Source: a virus. Taken from it: DNA of 64,000 nucleotides. The notes under the pieces are model-generated. The model had not been told where the DNA came from. It worked only from the letters and a program-made list of their open reading frames with translations, and made no database searches. The stretch spans positions 10,808-74,807 of the IMG/VR virus record IMGVR_UViG_3300010354_000065; one strand, written 5' to 3'. Below are positions 1-10,112 of the stretch, one piece after another (within the stretch, counting starts at the first letter, position 1; each line of letters opens with the position of its first letter). The position numbers and the translations under genes were made by a program.

Positions 1-118
1 ACAAGGTTACATGAGCTTCAGGATAGTTATCTTTTATAGTTGCAGCAAGAAAGTTTGCTGAATCCAAATATTCTTTTAGTTGCGAAGCAACAATCAAAAA
101 ACCATTACGAAGATCCAT
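1..118 (-). CDS. N-terminal fragment of a probable GT-A-fold glycosyltransferase (runs off window)
   Basis: ATG at 118 gives MDLRNGFLIVASQLKEYLDSANFLAATIKDNYPEAHVTL, a beta1-helix-beta2 start typical of GT8-like phage glycosyltransferases; only 39 codons visible. Confidence 0.45.
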   Translation of the reverse strand, partial: MDLRNGFLIVASQLKEYLDSANFLAATIKDNYPEAHVTL

Positions 119-120
119 TT

Positions 121-558
121 TCACTCCGATGTAGTTGCTGCTTCTTTTTGTGCAACATCAAGAAGCAATGCTGATGCCCAAGCCATTGCTTCGACGTCAC
201 TTTTTGACTTTCTGATCTTTGACTTCAACTGTCTGTTATCAGAATTTTTAATAGAATCAATCTCAAAAATTTTTAACTTAGCAGCAAACAGCTCTTCTTG
301 TTGCTTACGTTGTTGTTTTGCTAGTTCTTCTTGATGTTTTCGATCTCTCTCTGCATTGATCTCTTGAATTTTCTTACGCGTGTTAGCTTCTAATTGCTCG
401 TCCGTAAACTTTGCCTTGATCTCAACAAGATCTGGATTTGTTACATCGGACTCCGATATTGTTGCTTGTGCAACACGGCCATCATCATAATGAAATTCAG
501 CAGAGATGACAGTTCTTGCATTGTTAATCCAATGCGGATTTGCGATTGTACGTTTCAT
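121..558 (-). CDS. hypothetical protein with coiled coil (possible fibre assembly chaperone)
   Basis: ORF track 121..573; ATG at 558 overlaps the upstream TGA (ATGA), so it is the likelier start. Confidence 0.7.
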   Translation of the reverse strand: MKRTIANPHWINNARTVISAEFHYDDGRVAQATISESDVTNPDLVEIKAKFTDEQLEANTRKKIQEINAERDRKHQEELAKQQRKQQEELFAAKLKIFEIDSIKNSDNRQLKSKIRKSKSDVEAMAWASALLLDVAQKEAATTSE

Positions 559-3500
559 GCTGTTCTTACCCAAAGTTTAATTGATTGAATTGTCTCCGGA
601 GTTGACATAATGGTCAACCCTGACCAGGCTGCTAGATATTGCCCTAATGCACTATTATATAGGCCAGTAAATAAAGAAGAAAACGAAGATACTGTACCTG
701 TGAATGTTTTTGAGTATGATCCTGAAAAGCCAAGGATAGAAGTTCCTGTGTATGCGCCAGCGTAGTTTCCGGAATATGCCTGAGCGTACGTTGCTCCTGC
801 ATAAAGAGAGCTTGTAAACAACTTTCCATAAACACCAGCATATGTACCCGAGTATACATTAGTATACACTGGAAGTTGGTTATACAAGCCTGTAAAGAAA
901 TTTGAGAAGCTTCCGGTAAATAACCTACTATATGTGCTTGTGAACAAAGATCCAAAAGCCCCTGTAAACGCGCCGGTGAATTGTCCTACATATGTACCAC
1001 TAAATGCTCCGGTGAAATTTCTAGAGTACGCACCCGTATAGATTGACGTGTATCCCCCTGTAAATTGACCGGTGAAAGTCTGATTATAAGATCCACCAAA
1101 CACACCGCTGAATACTTGATTAAAGGATCCAGCATAAACTCCTGTGAAAGTCTGGTTGAATATACCAGTATACGCGCCTGTAAAATTCTGGTTAAACACC
1201 CCTGTATATGCACCACTGAATGCACCAGTAAATGCTTGACTGTAAATTCCTGTATAATTACCAGTAAACGCTCCTGTATAGACTCCTGTAAAGAATCTAC
1301 TAAACACCTGTGAATAAACACCAGTGAAAAAGCCCACATACCCTCCAGAAAACGCACCCGTATAATCAAAGGTGAAATTTCTTGAGAAGGCTTGGTTATA
1401 AACTCCTGTGAACGTTTGATTGAAAATACCTGTATAATTTCCAGAGAATGTGTTTGCGTATACGCCTGAATATATTCCAGTGAAGTTACCCTGATAACTT
1501 CCTACATAAGCTCCAGCATACACACCAGTGAAAGCTCCAGTGTATCCTCCACTGAAAGCCCCCGTAAAGTTTCCTTGATATCCCCCTACAAACACTCCCG
1601 TGAAGGCTCCTGTGTATGCTCCAGCGTATGCTCCTGTAAATGAACCAAGATAACTTCCTGCATATGCGCCAGCGTATATGCCTGTAAAGGCACCAGTGTA
1701 CCCGCCTGAATAATTTCCTGTGAAGTTACCAGCGTACCCTCCAACATATGCGCCAGCATATATTCCTGTAAAGGCACCTGTGTATCCGCCTGAATAATTT
1801 CCTGTAAAACTACCTTGATAGTTTCCTGCATATGCACCAGCATATATTCCTGTAAAGGCACCTGTGTATCCGCCTGAATAATTTCCTGTAAAACTACCTT
1901 GATAGTTTCCTGCATATGCACCAGCGTATATCCCTGTAAAGGCACCAGTGTACCCGCCTGAATACGACCCGGTGAAAGAACCCTTATAACTTCCTGCATA
2001 TGCACCAGCATATATTCCTGTAAACGACCCTACGTAACCACCCGAATAAATGCCTGTAAAGGTTTGTTGATACACTCCCGAATATAAACCAGTAAATGTT
2101 TGATTATATCCGCCAACGTATGCACCAGCGTACGAACCCACATATGACCCACTATACCCACCTGAATACGTACCGCTGAAAGCCTGTTGATACACACCTG
2201 CATATGTTCCTGTGAAATTACCAGCGTACCCACCTGAATATATTCCACTAAATGTTTGTGCGTAAGCTCCTGAATATATACCGGTAAAATATCCTATGTA
2301 ACCACCTGAATACGTACCAGTGTAAACTCCAGCATAAATGCCTGTATAAGAACCTGTGTACGCACCTGTAAATGCTCTTGTATACCCACCAGAATACGTA
2401 CCAGTGAAATACCCTACGTAACCACCTGAGTAAATACCGGTAAAATATCCTATGTAACCACCAGAATATATTCCGGTGAATGCTCGAGTGTATCCCCCAG
2501 AGTATAAACCAGTGAAGTACCCAACATAACTACCTAAGTACGTACCAGTGTAAACTCCGGCATAAATGCCTGTATAAGAACCTGTGTACGCACCTGTAAA
2601 TGCTCTTGTGTATCCACCTGAATATATTCCCGTGAATGTTTGGGCATACGCACCCGCGTAAGTTCCAGTAAAGTTACCTTGATATGATCCTGAGTAAAAC
2701 CCTTGGTATGCCCCAGTGAATAATCTACTATACGTACCAGAATAACCACCAGTAAAGTTGCCTTGGTAATTTCCCACATACGACCCTGTAAAGAATCCAG
2801 CATAAACAGCTGTGTATGGTCCTACGAAAAGGTCAGAATATACGCCTGTATAAGATCCTGTCCACACTCTTGTCCAGCTTGACCCATATACACCAATGTA
2901 GTTACCTGCATAGCTTCCGGAAAAAAATTGTCCTGTATAAGGATCTTGACGTGTTCGTGTATATGCTCCAGTAAATAGACGCGTGAAGGCTCCTTGATAA
3001 TACCCAGTAAACCATGTTGCATAATAACCAACATAATATGCTGAATAATAACCAAGATATGATACGCCTGTCCACGGACTAGCAAAATAACGAGGTCGCG
3101 ATCCCAAATAACCACCGGCGAAATACCCTATGTAACTACCTGCAAACGTTGGTGTGTAGGTGTTTTGATAGTTGCCTGCGTAAAATCCTTGGAAATTTCC
3201 TTGATACAATCCTGTAAAGACTCTTGAAAATCCTCGTGAGTATGTACCCGCATAAGCACCTGTAAACAGTCTACTGTATGTGCCAGAATATATGCCAGTA
3301 AAGTTACCTTGATAGCTGCCTGAATAAAAACCAGCGTACGCACCTGTAAACAGTCTACTATATGTGCCAGAATATATGCCAGTGAAATACCCTACATATC
3401 CTCCTGCATAAGCGCCGGTAAAGGTGTTGTTATACGCGCCAGAATATGTCCCAGCATAAGCGCCAGCATAGTATCCTGTGTAACCACCAGAGTATGCACC

Positions 3501-5945
3501 CGTGAATGACTGCGCATACGCTCCTGCATATGCCCCAGTAAACGTTTGATTGTATGCGCCAGAATATGCACCGGTGAATGTTTGAGCATACGCACCTGCA
3601 TATGCACCAGTAAACGTTTGAGCATACGCTCCTGCATATATTCCCGTGAAAGTATTATTATATGAGCCAGAATATGTCCCAGCATAAGCGCCAGCATAAT
3701 ATCCCGTATAACCACCCGAATATACCCCAGTAAAGGTCTGTGCATATGCACCTGCATATCCACCTGTAAAGAAACCCACATAACCGCCGGTGTAAGCACC
3801 TGTAAATACACGGCTGTATACCCCAGCATATACACCGGTGAAATTACCTACGTAGAAACCAACGTATGCCCCCGTATACACACCTGTATATGTTCCCGAG
3901 TACGCGCCAGTATATGATCCAGAAAAAACTCGCGTGTATCCCCCTGAGTATGTTCCAGTAAATGATCCAACATACCCACCCGCATATGCGCCGGTAAACG
4001 TTTGATTGTATACGCCCGTATAGTTGCCTGTGTACGATCCCGTGAACAATCTACTATACGTACCAGCAAACGTTCCTGTAAATGTTTGGTTGTAGATACC
4101 AGTGTAGTTACCTGTGTAGCTACCAGTAAATAAACTACTATATGTACCAGCAAACGTTCCTGTAAATGTTTGGTTGTAGATACCTGTGTAGTTACCCGTA
4201 TACGAACCTGTAAACAATCTACTATACGTGCCAGCAAAATTTCCCGTAAACGTCTGATTGTAAATACCAGTGTAATTGCCTGTATAGCTACCTGTAAAGA
4301 TCTGCGTGTATGTACCGGCAAATGTTCCTGTAAACGTCTGATTATAGACGCCGGTGTAGTTGCCGGTATAGGAGCCTGTAAATAAACTACTGTAAGTACC
4401 AACAAAACTACCAGTAAATGCTCGACTATACACACCTGTATAATTACCAGAAAATATAGTACTAAAGGTATTTAAAAATGTTCCTGTAAACGTTTGATTG
4501 TATATACCGGTGTAATTACCTGTATACGAACCTGTAAATAAACTACTGTATATGCTGGTGTAAGCCCCAGTGAAGAAACCTACATATCCACCAGTGTAAA
4601 TTCCTGTGAACGCACCCGTATACCCACCGGTGAATTGACCGGTAAAGGCACCGGTGTAAGCTGCGGTAAATATCCTGCTATAAATTCCCGTAAACGTTTG
4701 CGCATAAACACCACTGAAAGCACCAGTGAATCCACCTACATAATCTCCGCTGAAAGCCTGGTTGTATGTGCCCGCATATATCCCTGTAAACGCTCCTGTG
4801 AATTGTTGGTTGTATATACCTGTGTATATGCCTGTGAAATTGCCAACATATATCCCTGAATAAACACCCGAGAACTGTCCTGTATATGCTCCGGTGTATG
4901 TCCCTGAGAACGTTCCCGTATATCCGCCTGTGTATGCTCCTGTAAATGTTCCTGTGAAGCCTTGGTTATATGCGCCAGTATATGTTGTTGCATATTGTCC
5001 TGTAAATGTGCCTGTAAACTCGCTTGAATAAGCTCCGGTAAAGTTTGCAGAGAAGACATTGGTAAATTCACGTGAAAAAGTTGCACCATACGTTCCTGTG
5101 AAATCCCCAGTAAACTCACGAGAGAAAGCTTGTGTGTATGCACCAGTCCACGTAGCCGTGTAAGCTTGAGCGTTATAAGTTTGTGGTCTTATCTGTGAAC
5201 GGGTATCATCAAACCCGCTTCCTGCCTGAACCCAAGTACCACCCGATGAAGGCATTGTTGTTGATAATTGATACGTACCAATACCCGTGCTTACCATATA
5301 GTTTCGAGCGCGGTGAGTCAAAGACTGAATATTGGTATTTGACATCTCGCGCAAAGCACCAGAGTCCCATTTTAGTGGGCGTACAGATCCTCCTGAACCC
5401 TCAGAAGTTTTTTGCCAAAGAAAAGTCTCATTATCAAAATATGGTCGTTCAGTATTTTTTAACCGACCACGCGCTACCCAAGTACCTGTTGCTGGAGCCG
5501 TTGGCTGAAGAACATATGCTCCGACGCCTCCGTTAACAATGTAAGATACAGCTTTGGATATGATTGTGGTGTCGATGTCGGTGTTAGCCATTTGCTGAAC
5601 ACCATTCAAAGTACTATTCCAGCACACAGGACGAATCATTAACGGATCCGTTAGCGGACCACCGCCAGTTCTCTGATATATTGACGTATTTGAATAAACT
5701 AGGTTTGCTTCGGATACTGGATGATCACCTATTTGTTGATCATAATAACTATCGGACCATGTTCCTATCAACGTTGAATTTGCTGGTATAAGATCCCCAG
5801 GATTTTGAACAATTAATGATCCAATATCCTCTGACGAAGCAAAATCAGTACCAATAACATTGGACACAAGTCCGTCGATGTCCGTGTTAGACATCTCCTG
5901 AAGACTGGACGTAGTTGTATTATAATAGAGCGGACGGAGCGGCAT
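555..5945 (-). CDS. giant virion fibre-like protein, 1796 aa, with about 1500 aa of [FY]-[TSA]-G-x tetrapeptide repeats
   Basis: N-terminal domain of three RPL..EMS..GTWV..DT..LWxRT units, the third interrupted by the repeat tract and completed by C-terminal IKLWVRTA; lies in the late structural operon. Confidence 0.8.
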   Translation of the reverse strand: MPLRPLYYNTTTSSLQEMSNTDIDGLVSNVIGTDFASSEDIGSLIVQNPGDLIPANSTLIGTWSDSYYDQQIGDHPVSEANLVYSNTSIYQRTGGGPLTDPLMIRPVCWNSTLNGVQQMANTDIDTTIISKAVSYIVNGGVGAYVLQPTAPATGTWVARGRLKNTERPYFDNETFLWQKTSEGSGGSVRPLKWDSGALREMSNTNIQSLTHRARNYMVSTGIGTYQLSTTMPSSGGTWVQAGSGFDDTRSQIRPQTYNAQAYTATWTGAYTQAFSREFTGDFTGTYGATFSREFTNVFSANFTGAYSSEFTGTFTGQYATTYTGAYNQGFTGTFTGAYTGGYTGTFSGTYTGAYTGQFSGVYSGIYVGNFTGIYTGIYNQQFTGAFTGIYAGTYNQAFSGDYVGGFTGAFSGVYAQTFTGIYSRIFTAAYTGAFTGQFTGGYTGAFTGIYTGGYVGFFTGAYTSIYSSLFTGSYTGNYTGIYNQTFTGTFLNTFSTIFSGNYTGVYSRAFTGSFVGTYSSLFTGSYTGNYTGVYNQTFTGTFAGTYTQIFTGSYTGNYTGIYNQTFTGNFAGTYSRLFTGSYTGNYTGIYNQTFTGTFAGTYSSLFTGSYTGNYTGIYNQTFTGTFAGTYSRLFTGSYTGNYTGVYNQTFTGAYAGGYVGSFTGTYSGGYTRVFSGSYTGAYSGTYTGVYTGAYVGFYVGNFTGVYAGVYSRVFTGAYTGGYVGFFTGGYAGAYAQTFTGVYSGGYTGYYAGAYAGTYSGSYNNTFTGIYAGAYAQTFTGAYAGAYAQTFTGAYSGAYNQTFTGAYAGAYAQSFTGAYSGGYTGYYAGAYAGTYSGAYNNTFTGAYAGGYVGYFTGIYSGTYSRLFTGAYAGFYSGSYQGNFTGIYSGTYSRLFTGAYAGTYSRGFSRVFTGLYQGNFQGFYAGNYQNTYTPTFAGSYIGYFAGGYLGSRPRYFASPWTGVSYLGYYSAYYVGYYATWFTGYYQGAFTRLFTGAYTRTRQDPYTGQFFSGSYAGNYIGVYGSSWTRVWTGSYTGVYSDLFVGPYTAVYAGFFTGSYVGNYQGNFTGGYSGTYSRLFTGAYQGFYSGSYQGNFTGTYAGAYAQTFTGIYSGGYTRAFTGAYTGSYTGIYAGVYTGTYLGSYVGYFTGLYSGGYTRAFTGIYSGGYIGYFTGIYSGGYVGYFTGTYSGGYTRAFTGAYTGSYTGIYAGVYTGTYSGGYIGYFTGIYSGAYAQTFSGIYSGGYAGNFTGTYAGVYQQAFSGTYSGGYSGSYVGSYAGAYVGGYNQTFTGLYSGVYQQTFTGIYSGGYVGSFTGIYAGAYAGSYKGSFTGSYSGGYTGAFTGIYAGAYAGNYQGSFTGNYSGGYTGAFTGIYAGAYAGNYQGSFTGNYSGGYTGAFTGIYAGAYVGGYAGNFTGNYSGGYTGAFTGIYAGAYAGSYLGSFTGAYAGAYTGAFTGVFVGGYQGNFTGAFSGGYTGAFTGVYAGAYVGSYQGNFTGIYSGVYANTFSGNYTGIFNQTFTGVYNQAFSRNFTFDYTGAFSGGYVGFFTGVYSQVFSRFFTGVYTGAFTGNYTGIYSQAFTGAFSGAYTGVFNQNFTGAYTGIFNQTFTGVYAGSFNQVFSGVFGGSYNQTFTGQFTGGYTSIYTGAYSRNFTGAFSGTYVGQFTGAFTGAFGSLFTSTYSRLFTGSFSNFFTGLYNQLPVYTNVYSGTYAGVYGKLFTSSLYAGATYAQAYSGNYAGAYTGTSILGFSGSYSKTFTGTVSSFSSLFTGLYNSALGQYLAAWSGLTIMSTPETIQSIKLWVRTA
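650..5180 (-). repeat. coding tetrapeptide repeat tract with 12-, 16- and 28-aa higher-order units (near-exact 84-bp tandem copies around 1750-1930 and 4040-4210)
   Basis: FTGIYAGAYAGNYQGSFTGNYSGGYTGA and FTGSYTGNYTGIYNQTFTGTFAGTYSSL units visible in the translation. Confidence 0.9.
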
Positions 5946-5951
5946 TTTGTA

Positions 5952-8813
5952 TCAAGCTGTTCTAACCCATAATGTATATGTAGTCGTTGTCGTAGTACCG
6001 GTTACCGTCAACCCCGAATATGCTCCTGTAAATAAACGTGTAAATGTGTTTGCATAGTTGCCACTGAAAGCTCCCGAGTAAGCTCCTGAATAGCTTCCTG
6101 TAAACTGTCCAGTATATACGCCAGTAAACACTCGCGAGTATATACCAGTGTATGATCCCGTAAACTGACCGGTATAAGTTCCGCTGAATACGTTAGAGTA
6201 TATACCGGAAAATTGACCAGTGTATGCTCCTGTCCAAGTGTTCAAGAATCCGCCAGTATAGGCACCTGCATAGGTTCCCGAGAACGCTCCTGTATATGTG
6301 CCTACGTATCCACCCGAAAAGCTTGCAGTGTATGATCCTGTAAAAGCTGTTGTATACCCACCAGTAAATTGACCAGTGAACGCTCCTGTATAGGTTCCGG
6401 AAAAGGTTGCTGTGTAAGAACCAGTAAATGATCCCGTATAGTTACCGGTAAACGAACCAGTAAAAAATCTTGAATAGGCGCCTGTATATGTTCCCGTATA
6501 CCCACCCGTGTAAGCGCTTGTGTAGCCTCCGGAGAAAGCTCTAGTATATCCACCGCTGAAAGTTTGATTGTAGGCTCCACTAAACGTACCAATATAAGAA
6601 ATGCTTGCGTACGGTCCTTGGTAACTTCCTGTAAAAAATCCCGAATACACGCCAGTGAATTGACCAGTATACGTGCTTGCATAATTAGCTGTGAAGTTGC
6701 CTACAAAATCTCCTGTAAATATTCTTGACCAACTGTTATTGTAAATTCCTGTGTATGAACCAGTGAATCCTCTTGTAAACTGATTGGAGTAGAATCCTTG
6801 GTAGTTTTGCAAATATTCACCAGTAAAGCCTCTTGTAAAGCTTCCAGTGAAAAATCCTTGATAGGACCCTCCAAATGTGTTCTGTCGCGAACCACCATAC
6901 GTGTTCTGTCGCGAACCACCATAAGAGCCAGCATAAGCTTGTCCACCATAATAGCCTGTATAATACACAGCGTTATATGGGTTCTGATAACTTCCTACGT
7001 AGGCTCCTGCACCGGCATAATATCCAGTATAATACGTATTGTTGAAGGGGTTCAAATAAGAACCGGAATATATTGGTACCACATAGTTGCCTGTATACGA
7101 TCCAGCGTACGTGCCAGTGTATGATCCAGCATATGTACCGGTATAATTTCCAGTAAACGTGCCACTGAACTCTCTTGAAAACGCTCGCGAATACGTACCA
7201 ACCCAGGCGCCGGTATACAATCCTGTGAATGCACCACTGAATCCACCCGAGTAAGTACCTGCATATATTCCCGAGTAAGCAGCTGCATAACTACCTGTAA
7301 AACCGTTATTTGAAAAAACGCGTGAGAATGTAGGTGTTACAAGGCGTGAAAAAGCCTGGTTATAGACGCCAGTAAAAAAGTTTGAGTAGCTTCCTGCGTA
7401 TGATCCTGTCCACACCGTACCAAACGCTCTTTGAAAGGCACCAGTAAAAAATCCTACATAACCTCCTGTGAAAGCCTGGTTGTAGGATCCCGCAAACGTT
7501 TGATTATATGCACCAGCAAATACTGAACCTTGGTAAGACCCAGAATATGTTGCAGTAAAGTTCTGATTATACGTACCAGCAAACGTTTGATTATACGCAC
7601 CAGCAAACGCCGAGCCTTGAAAAGATCCAGCGAAAACTCTTGAGAAAGCTTGGTTATAGGTGCCAGCAAACGTTTGATTATATGCACCAGCAAACGCTGA
7701 ACCCTGATACGTTCCACCATACTGTCCCGTAAATAAACGAGAGTACGTACCTCCATATACCCCGGTATAAGCTCCTGAATATATGTTTTGATATACACCG
7801 GTGAATGTTTGATTGAATCCACCCGTGAAATTGCCTACATATGGACCTGTAAATGCCTGATTATATGTGCCAGCGTATGCACCGGTAAATTTTGTAACGT
7901 CTAAGAAGTTACCTGTAAAGCCTTGGTTAAATGTACCTACATACGCTCCAGTAAACGCTTGAGTATATGCACCTGTAAACGCACCGGTAAATGTACCCAA
8001 ATAACTACCAGCATATGCTGTATCAACCAGTCCGTTTGAAGTATCGGTAAACGTACCACGAGCTACCCATGTTCCCGGTGTTGGTGTAGTCGTAGATATT
8101 TGATATCTACCAATTCCTGAATTACTAATATAATCACGAATAGCCGGAAGCAGAGATTGTATTTCTGCATTTGTCATCTCCGTTAAGCTATTAGCAGCTC
8201 CTTTGAGAGGACGCTTTGTACCTGTACCTGTATTTGTAGTACGTTGATAAAGGTTGTATGTTGTAGTTAATGTTGTATTACTTACACTATCAACATACGT
8301 ATCTACGATAGAAGATTTAACAACCCAAGTACCAGTTCCTGGTGCTGTTGTTCCAAGCCAATATGCACCTTGAGCTCCTGCTGAAACTTCAGCAACTACT
8401 TTACTAAGGATGTCATCACGAATTTCGTTATTTGAAAACTGCTTTACTTGCTGCACACCACCTATGACCTCTACCTTAAGAGGCCGAGTCATCGCGTTGA
8501 AGTTAGTCGTTAGCGATGTATCTAAGTTTTGATATAGAGTCCACGTTGTTGATGAAGAAGTAACAGGATGTGTACCAATTGGAGGTAAACTTGTTGGATA
8601 TACATCAACAACTGTACCGCCAGTGACATTGTTCCACGTTGGTGCTGTTGTTCTTAACTCAAGAACATTACCATAACCAGAGACGTTTGAAGAACTATAA
8701 AATTGATCAGTTATTAACGGAACGATATGATTGAGGATGTCTGCATCAGACATCTCTTGTACACCATCGCTCGTACTCGCCGTAACATATCTTGCTCTAA
8801 GTGGTCTTGCCAT
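5952..8813 (-). CDS. paralogous repeat fibre-like protein, 953 aa
   Basis: same N-terminal architecture (RPL, QEMS, GTWV), FTG/YTG repeat tract and identical C-terminus LWVRTA as 555..5945. Confidence 0.8.
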   Translation of the reverse strand: MARPLRARYVTASTSDGVQEMSDADILNHIVPLITDQFYSSSNVSGYGNVLELRTTAPTWNNVTGGTVVDVYPTSLPPIGTHPVTSSSTTWTLYQNLDTSLTTNFNAMTRPLKVEVIGGVQQVKQFSNNEIRDDILSKVVAEVSAGAQGAYWLGTTAPGTGTWVVKSSIVDTYVDSVSNTTLTTTYNLYQRTTNTGTGTKRPLKGAANSLTEMTNAEIQSLLPAIRDYISNSGIGRYQISTTTPTPGTWVARGTFTDTSNGLVDTAYAGSYLGTFTGAFTGAYTQAFTGAYVGTFNQGFTGNFLDVTKFTGAYAGTYNQAFTGPYVGNFTGGFNQTFTGVYQNIYSGAYTGVYGGTYSRLFTGQYGGTYQGSAFAGAYNQTFAGTYNQAFSRVFAGSFQGSAFAGAYNQTFAGTYNQNFTATYSGSYQGSVFAGAYNQTFAGSYNQAFTGGYVGFFTGAFQRAFGTVWTGSYAGSYSNFFTGVYNQAFSRLVTPTFSRVFSNNGFTGSYAAAYSGIYAGTYSGGFSGAFTGLYTGAWVGTYSRAFSREFSGTFTGNYTGTYAGSYTGTYAGSYTGNYVVPIYSGSYLNPFNNTYYTGYYAGAGAYVGSYQNPYNAVYYTGYYGGQAYAGSYGGSRQNTYGGSRQNTFGGSYQGFFTGSFTRGFTGEYLQNYQGFYSNQFTRGFTGSYTGIYNNSWSRIFTGDFVGNFTANYASTYTGQFTGVYSGFFTGSYQGPYASISYIGTFSGAYNQTFSGGYTRAFSGGYTSAYTGGYTGTYTGAYSRFFTGSFTGNYTGSFTGSYTATFSGTYTGAFTGQFTGGYTTAFTGSYTASFSGGYVGTYTGAFSGTYAGAYTGGFLNTWTGAYTGQFSGIYSNVFSGTYTGQFTGSYTGIYSRVFTGVYTGQFTGSYSGAYSGAFSGNYANTFTRLFTGAYSGLTVTGTTTTTTYTLWVRTA

Positions 8814-8814
8814 C

Positions 8815-10104
8815 TCATGGTCCCAGGCGTGTTCCGCTTACATCGTAAATCCCAAAGTTGCCTGCATGAGCAACGTTTCCTGCTTTATATTTAAACTCCG
8901 CCTGATTAAACTGCAGCACTGCTGTTGTAGCAGTTGAGTTAACAGATTGAAACAAGAAACCCCCGTCTCCTGCTGTTGCATTCGCTTCATATGTTGTAAC
9001 AGTTAAACGCGTATTTGTTGTATTACCGGCTAACGAAACGTGTGCATTATGTGTTGCGTTTCCTGACAGAAAACGAATAGCTGCATTAGCACTCGTTATT
9101 ACTGTATTACCATTTATTGAAATTAGATCAGAGGTTGGTGATGCATTTTTAAAACCCACACGGTTGTTAACACCGTCTAAGAACAACAAGTCAGTATCAA
9201 ACGTTGCGTTTGCTGCAAAAGTTGCAACACTTGTTACGTTAACAAAGCCTGTAATTGTTGTGTTACCAAGTCCAGCAGTATTATTTACTAGAAATGCACC
9301 GTTTACTGTAGCTGCACCTGTTAAACTTGTAGCGCCTAACACTCTTAAAGAACCAACGTTCGCTAAACCTATTGATGTATCAATATTACCGGCTGTAGAA
9401 AATCTTATTCTCTGTGGAGTTAAAGTGTGCCCCGTTTCTGTCACACCTGCTGTTAGATCAATAGCTGATCCATTGTAAGTAGCTGACAGCTTGAAAGCTG
9501 TTGTGTTTGAGCTAACAACAAAATAACTGCTTCCGTTTGTCAATCCTGTTACAGCTGTGTTTCCTGTTGAAACAACATATCTAACAAGATCGCCATCGCT
9601 GAAACCATGAACTGCTGTCGTTGTAATAAAGTCTGTTGTGTTAGCAACACCAGTTAAGGCATTAAATGTCGCTGACGAACCGACAACATTTGCAAATCCC
9701 GAAAAGGTAGTATTACCGACAGCTAAAGTATTTGCAATGGTAACAGCACCATTTACATCCAACGTACCTCTTAAATTAGTTGCTCCACCAACGTTTGCTG
9801 TAGAAGATACATTAATGAAACCTGTTATTGTTGTGTTACCTGCCGCTAACGTATTACTTACGTTAACAGCCCCAACAAAATCCCCACCCATTGCGTTGAT
9901 AGTCCAACGCGCTGTACTGTTACCAAGAGAGTATGTGTTGTTTACAGGTAGAACATTACTTTGCAGATTTGCAGTGATAGAAAGATACGTTCCGTTGATA
10001 TCAACGTTACCATTGAAGCCTGCAGGGCCGGCAATGTTAGCGGTACCTAGAGCAAGAAAGCCGTTCTCGACCTTAAATTGTACATTGCTTGACGTATCAG
10101 CCAT
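8815..10104 (-). CDS. virion structural / tail fibre-associated protein
   Basis: GNTTITGFxNVS repeats shared with the next gene, plus one copy of the about 85-aa FNA..HxF..GNTAV.GL.NG..Y.V..TGH domain that recurs in the gp7-like gene. Confidence 0.65.
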   Translation of the reverse strand: MADTSSNVQFKVENGFLALGTANIAGPAGFNGNVDINGTYLSITANLQSNVLPVNNTYSLGNSTARWTINAMGGDFVGAVNVSNTLAAGNTTITGFINVSSTANVGGATNLRGTLDVNGAVTIANTLAVGNTTFSGFANVVGSSATFNALTGVANTTDFITTTAVHGFSDGDLVRYVVSTGNTAVTGLTNGSSYFVVSSNTTAFKLSATYNGSAIDLTAGVTETGHTLTPQRIRFSTAGNIDTSIGLANVGSLRVLGATSLTGAATVNGAFLVNNTAGLGNTTITGFVNVTSVATFAANATFDTDLLFLDGVNNRVGFKNASPTSDLISINGNTVITSANAAIRFLSGNATHNAHVSLAGNTTNTRLTVTTYEANATAGDGGFLFQSVNSTATTAVLQFNQAEFKYKAGNVAHAGNFGIYDVSGTRLGP

Positions 10105-10112
10105 TACTTACC

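Noticed and set aside
650-5180. Possible CRISPR array or DGR template/variable repeat pair
   Set aside because: Repeats are in-frame coding units with synonymous variation, without constant repeat plus unique spacer structure, adenine-specific differences or a reverse transcriptase in the window
644-7822. Many 60-195 aa alternative-frame ORFs inside the two repeat genes
   Set aside because: By-products of low-complexity periodic codons; no SD or protein-like features
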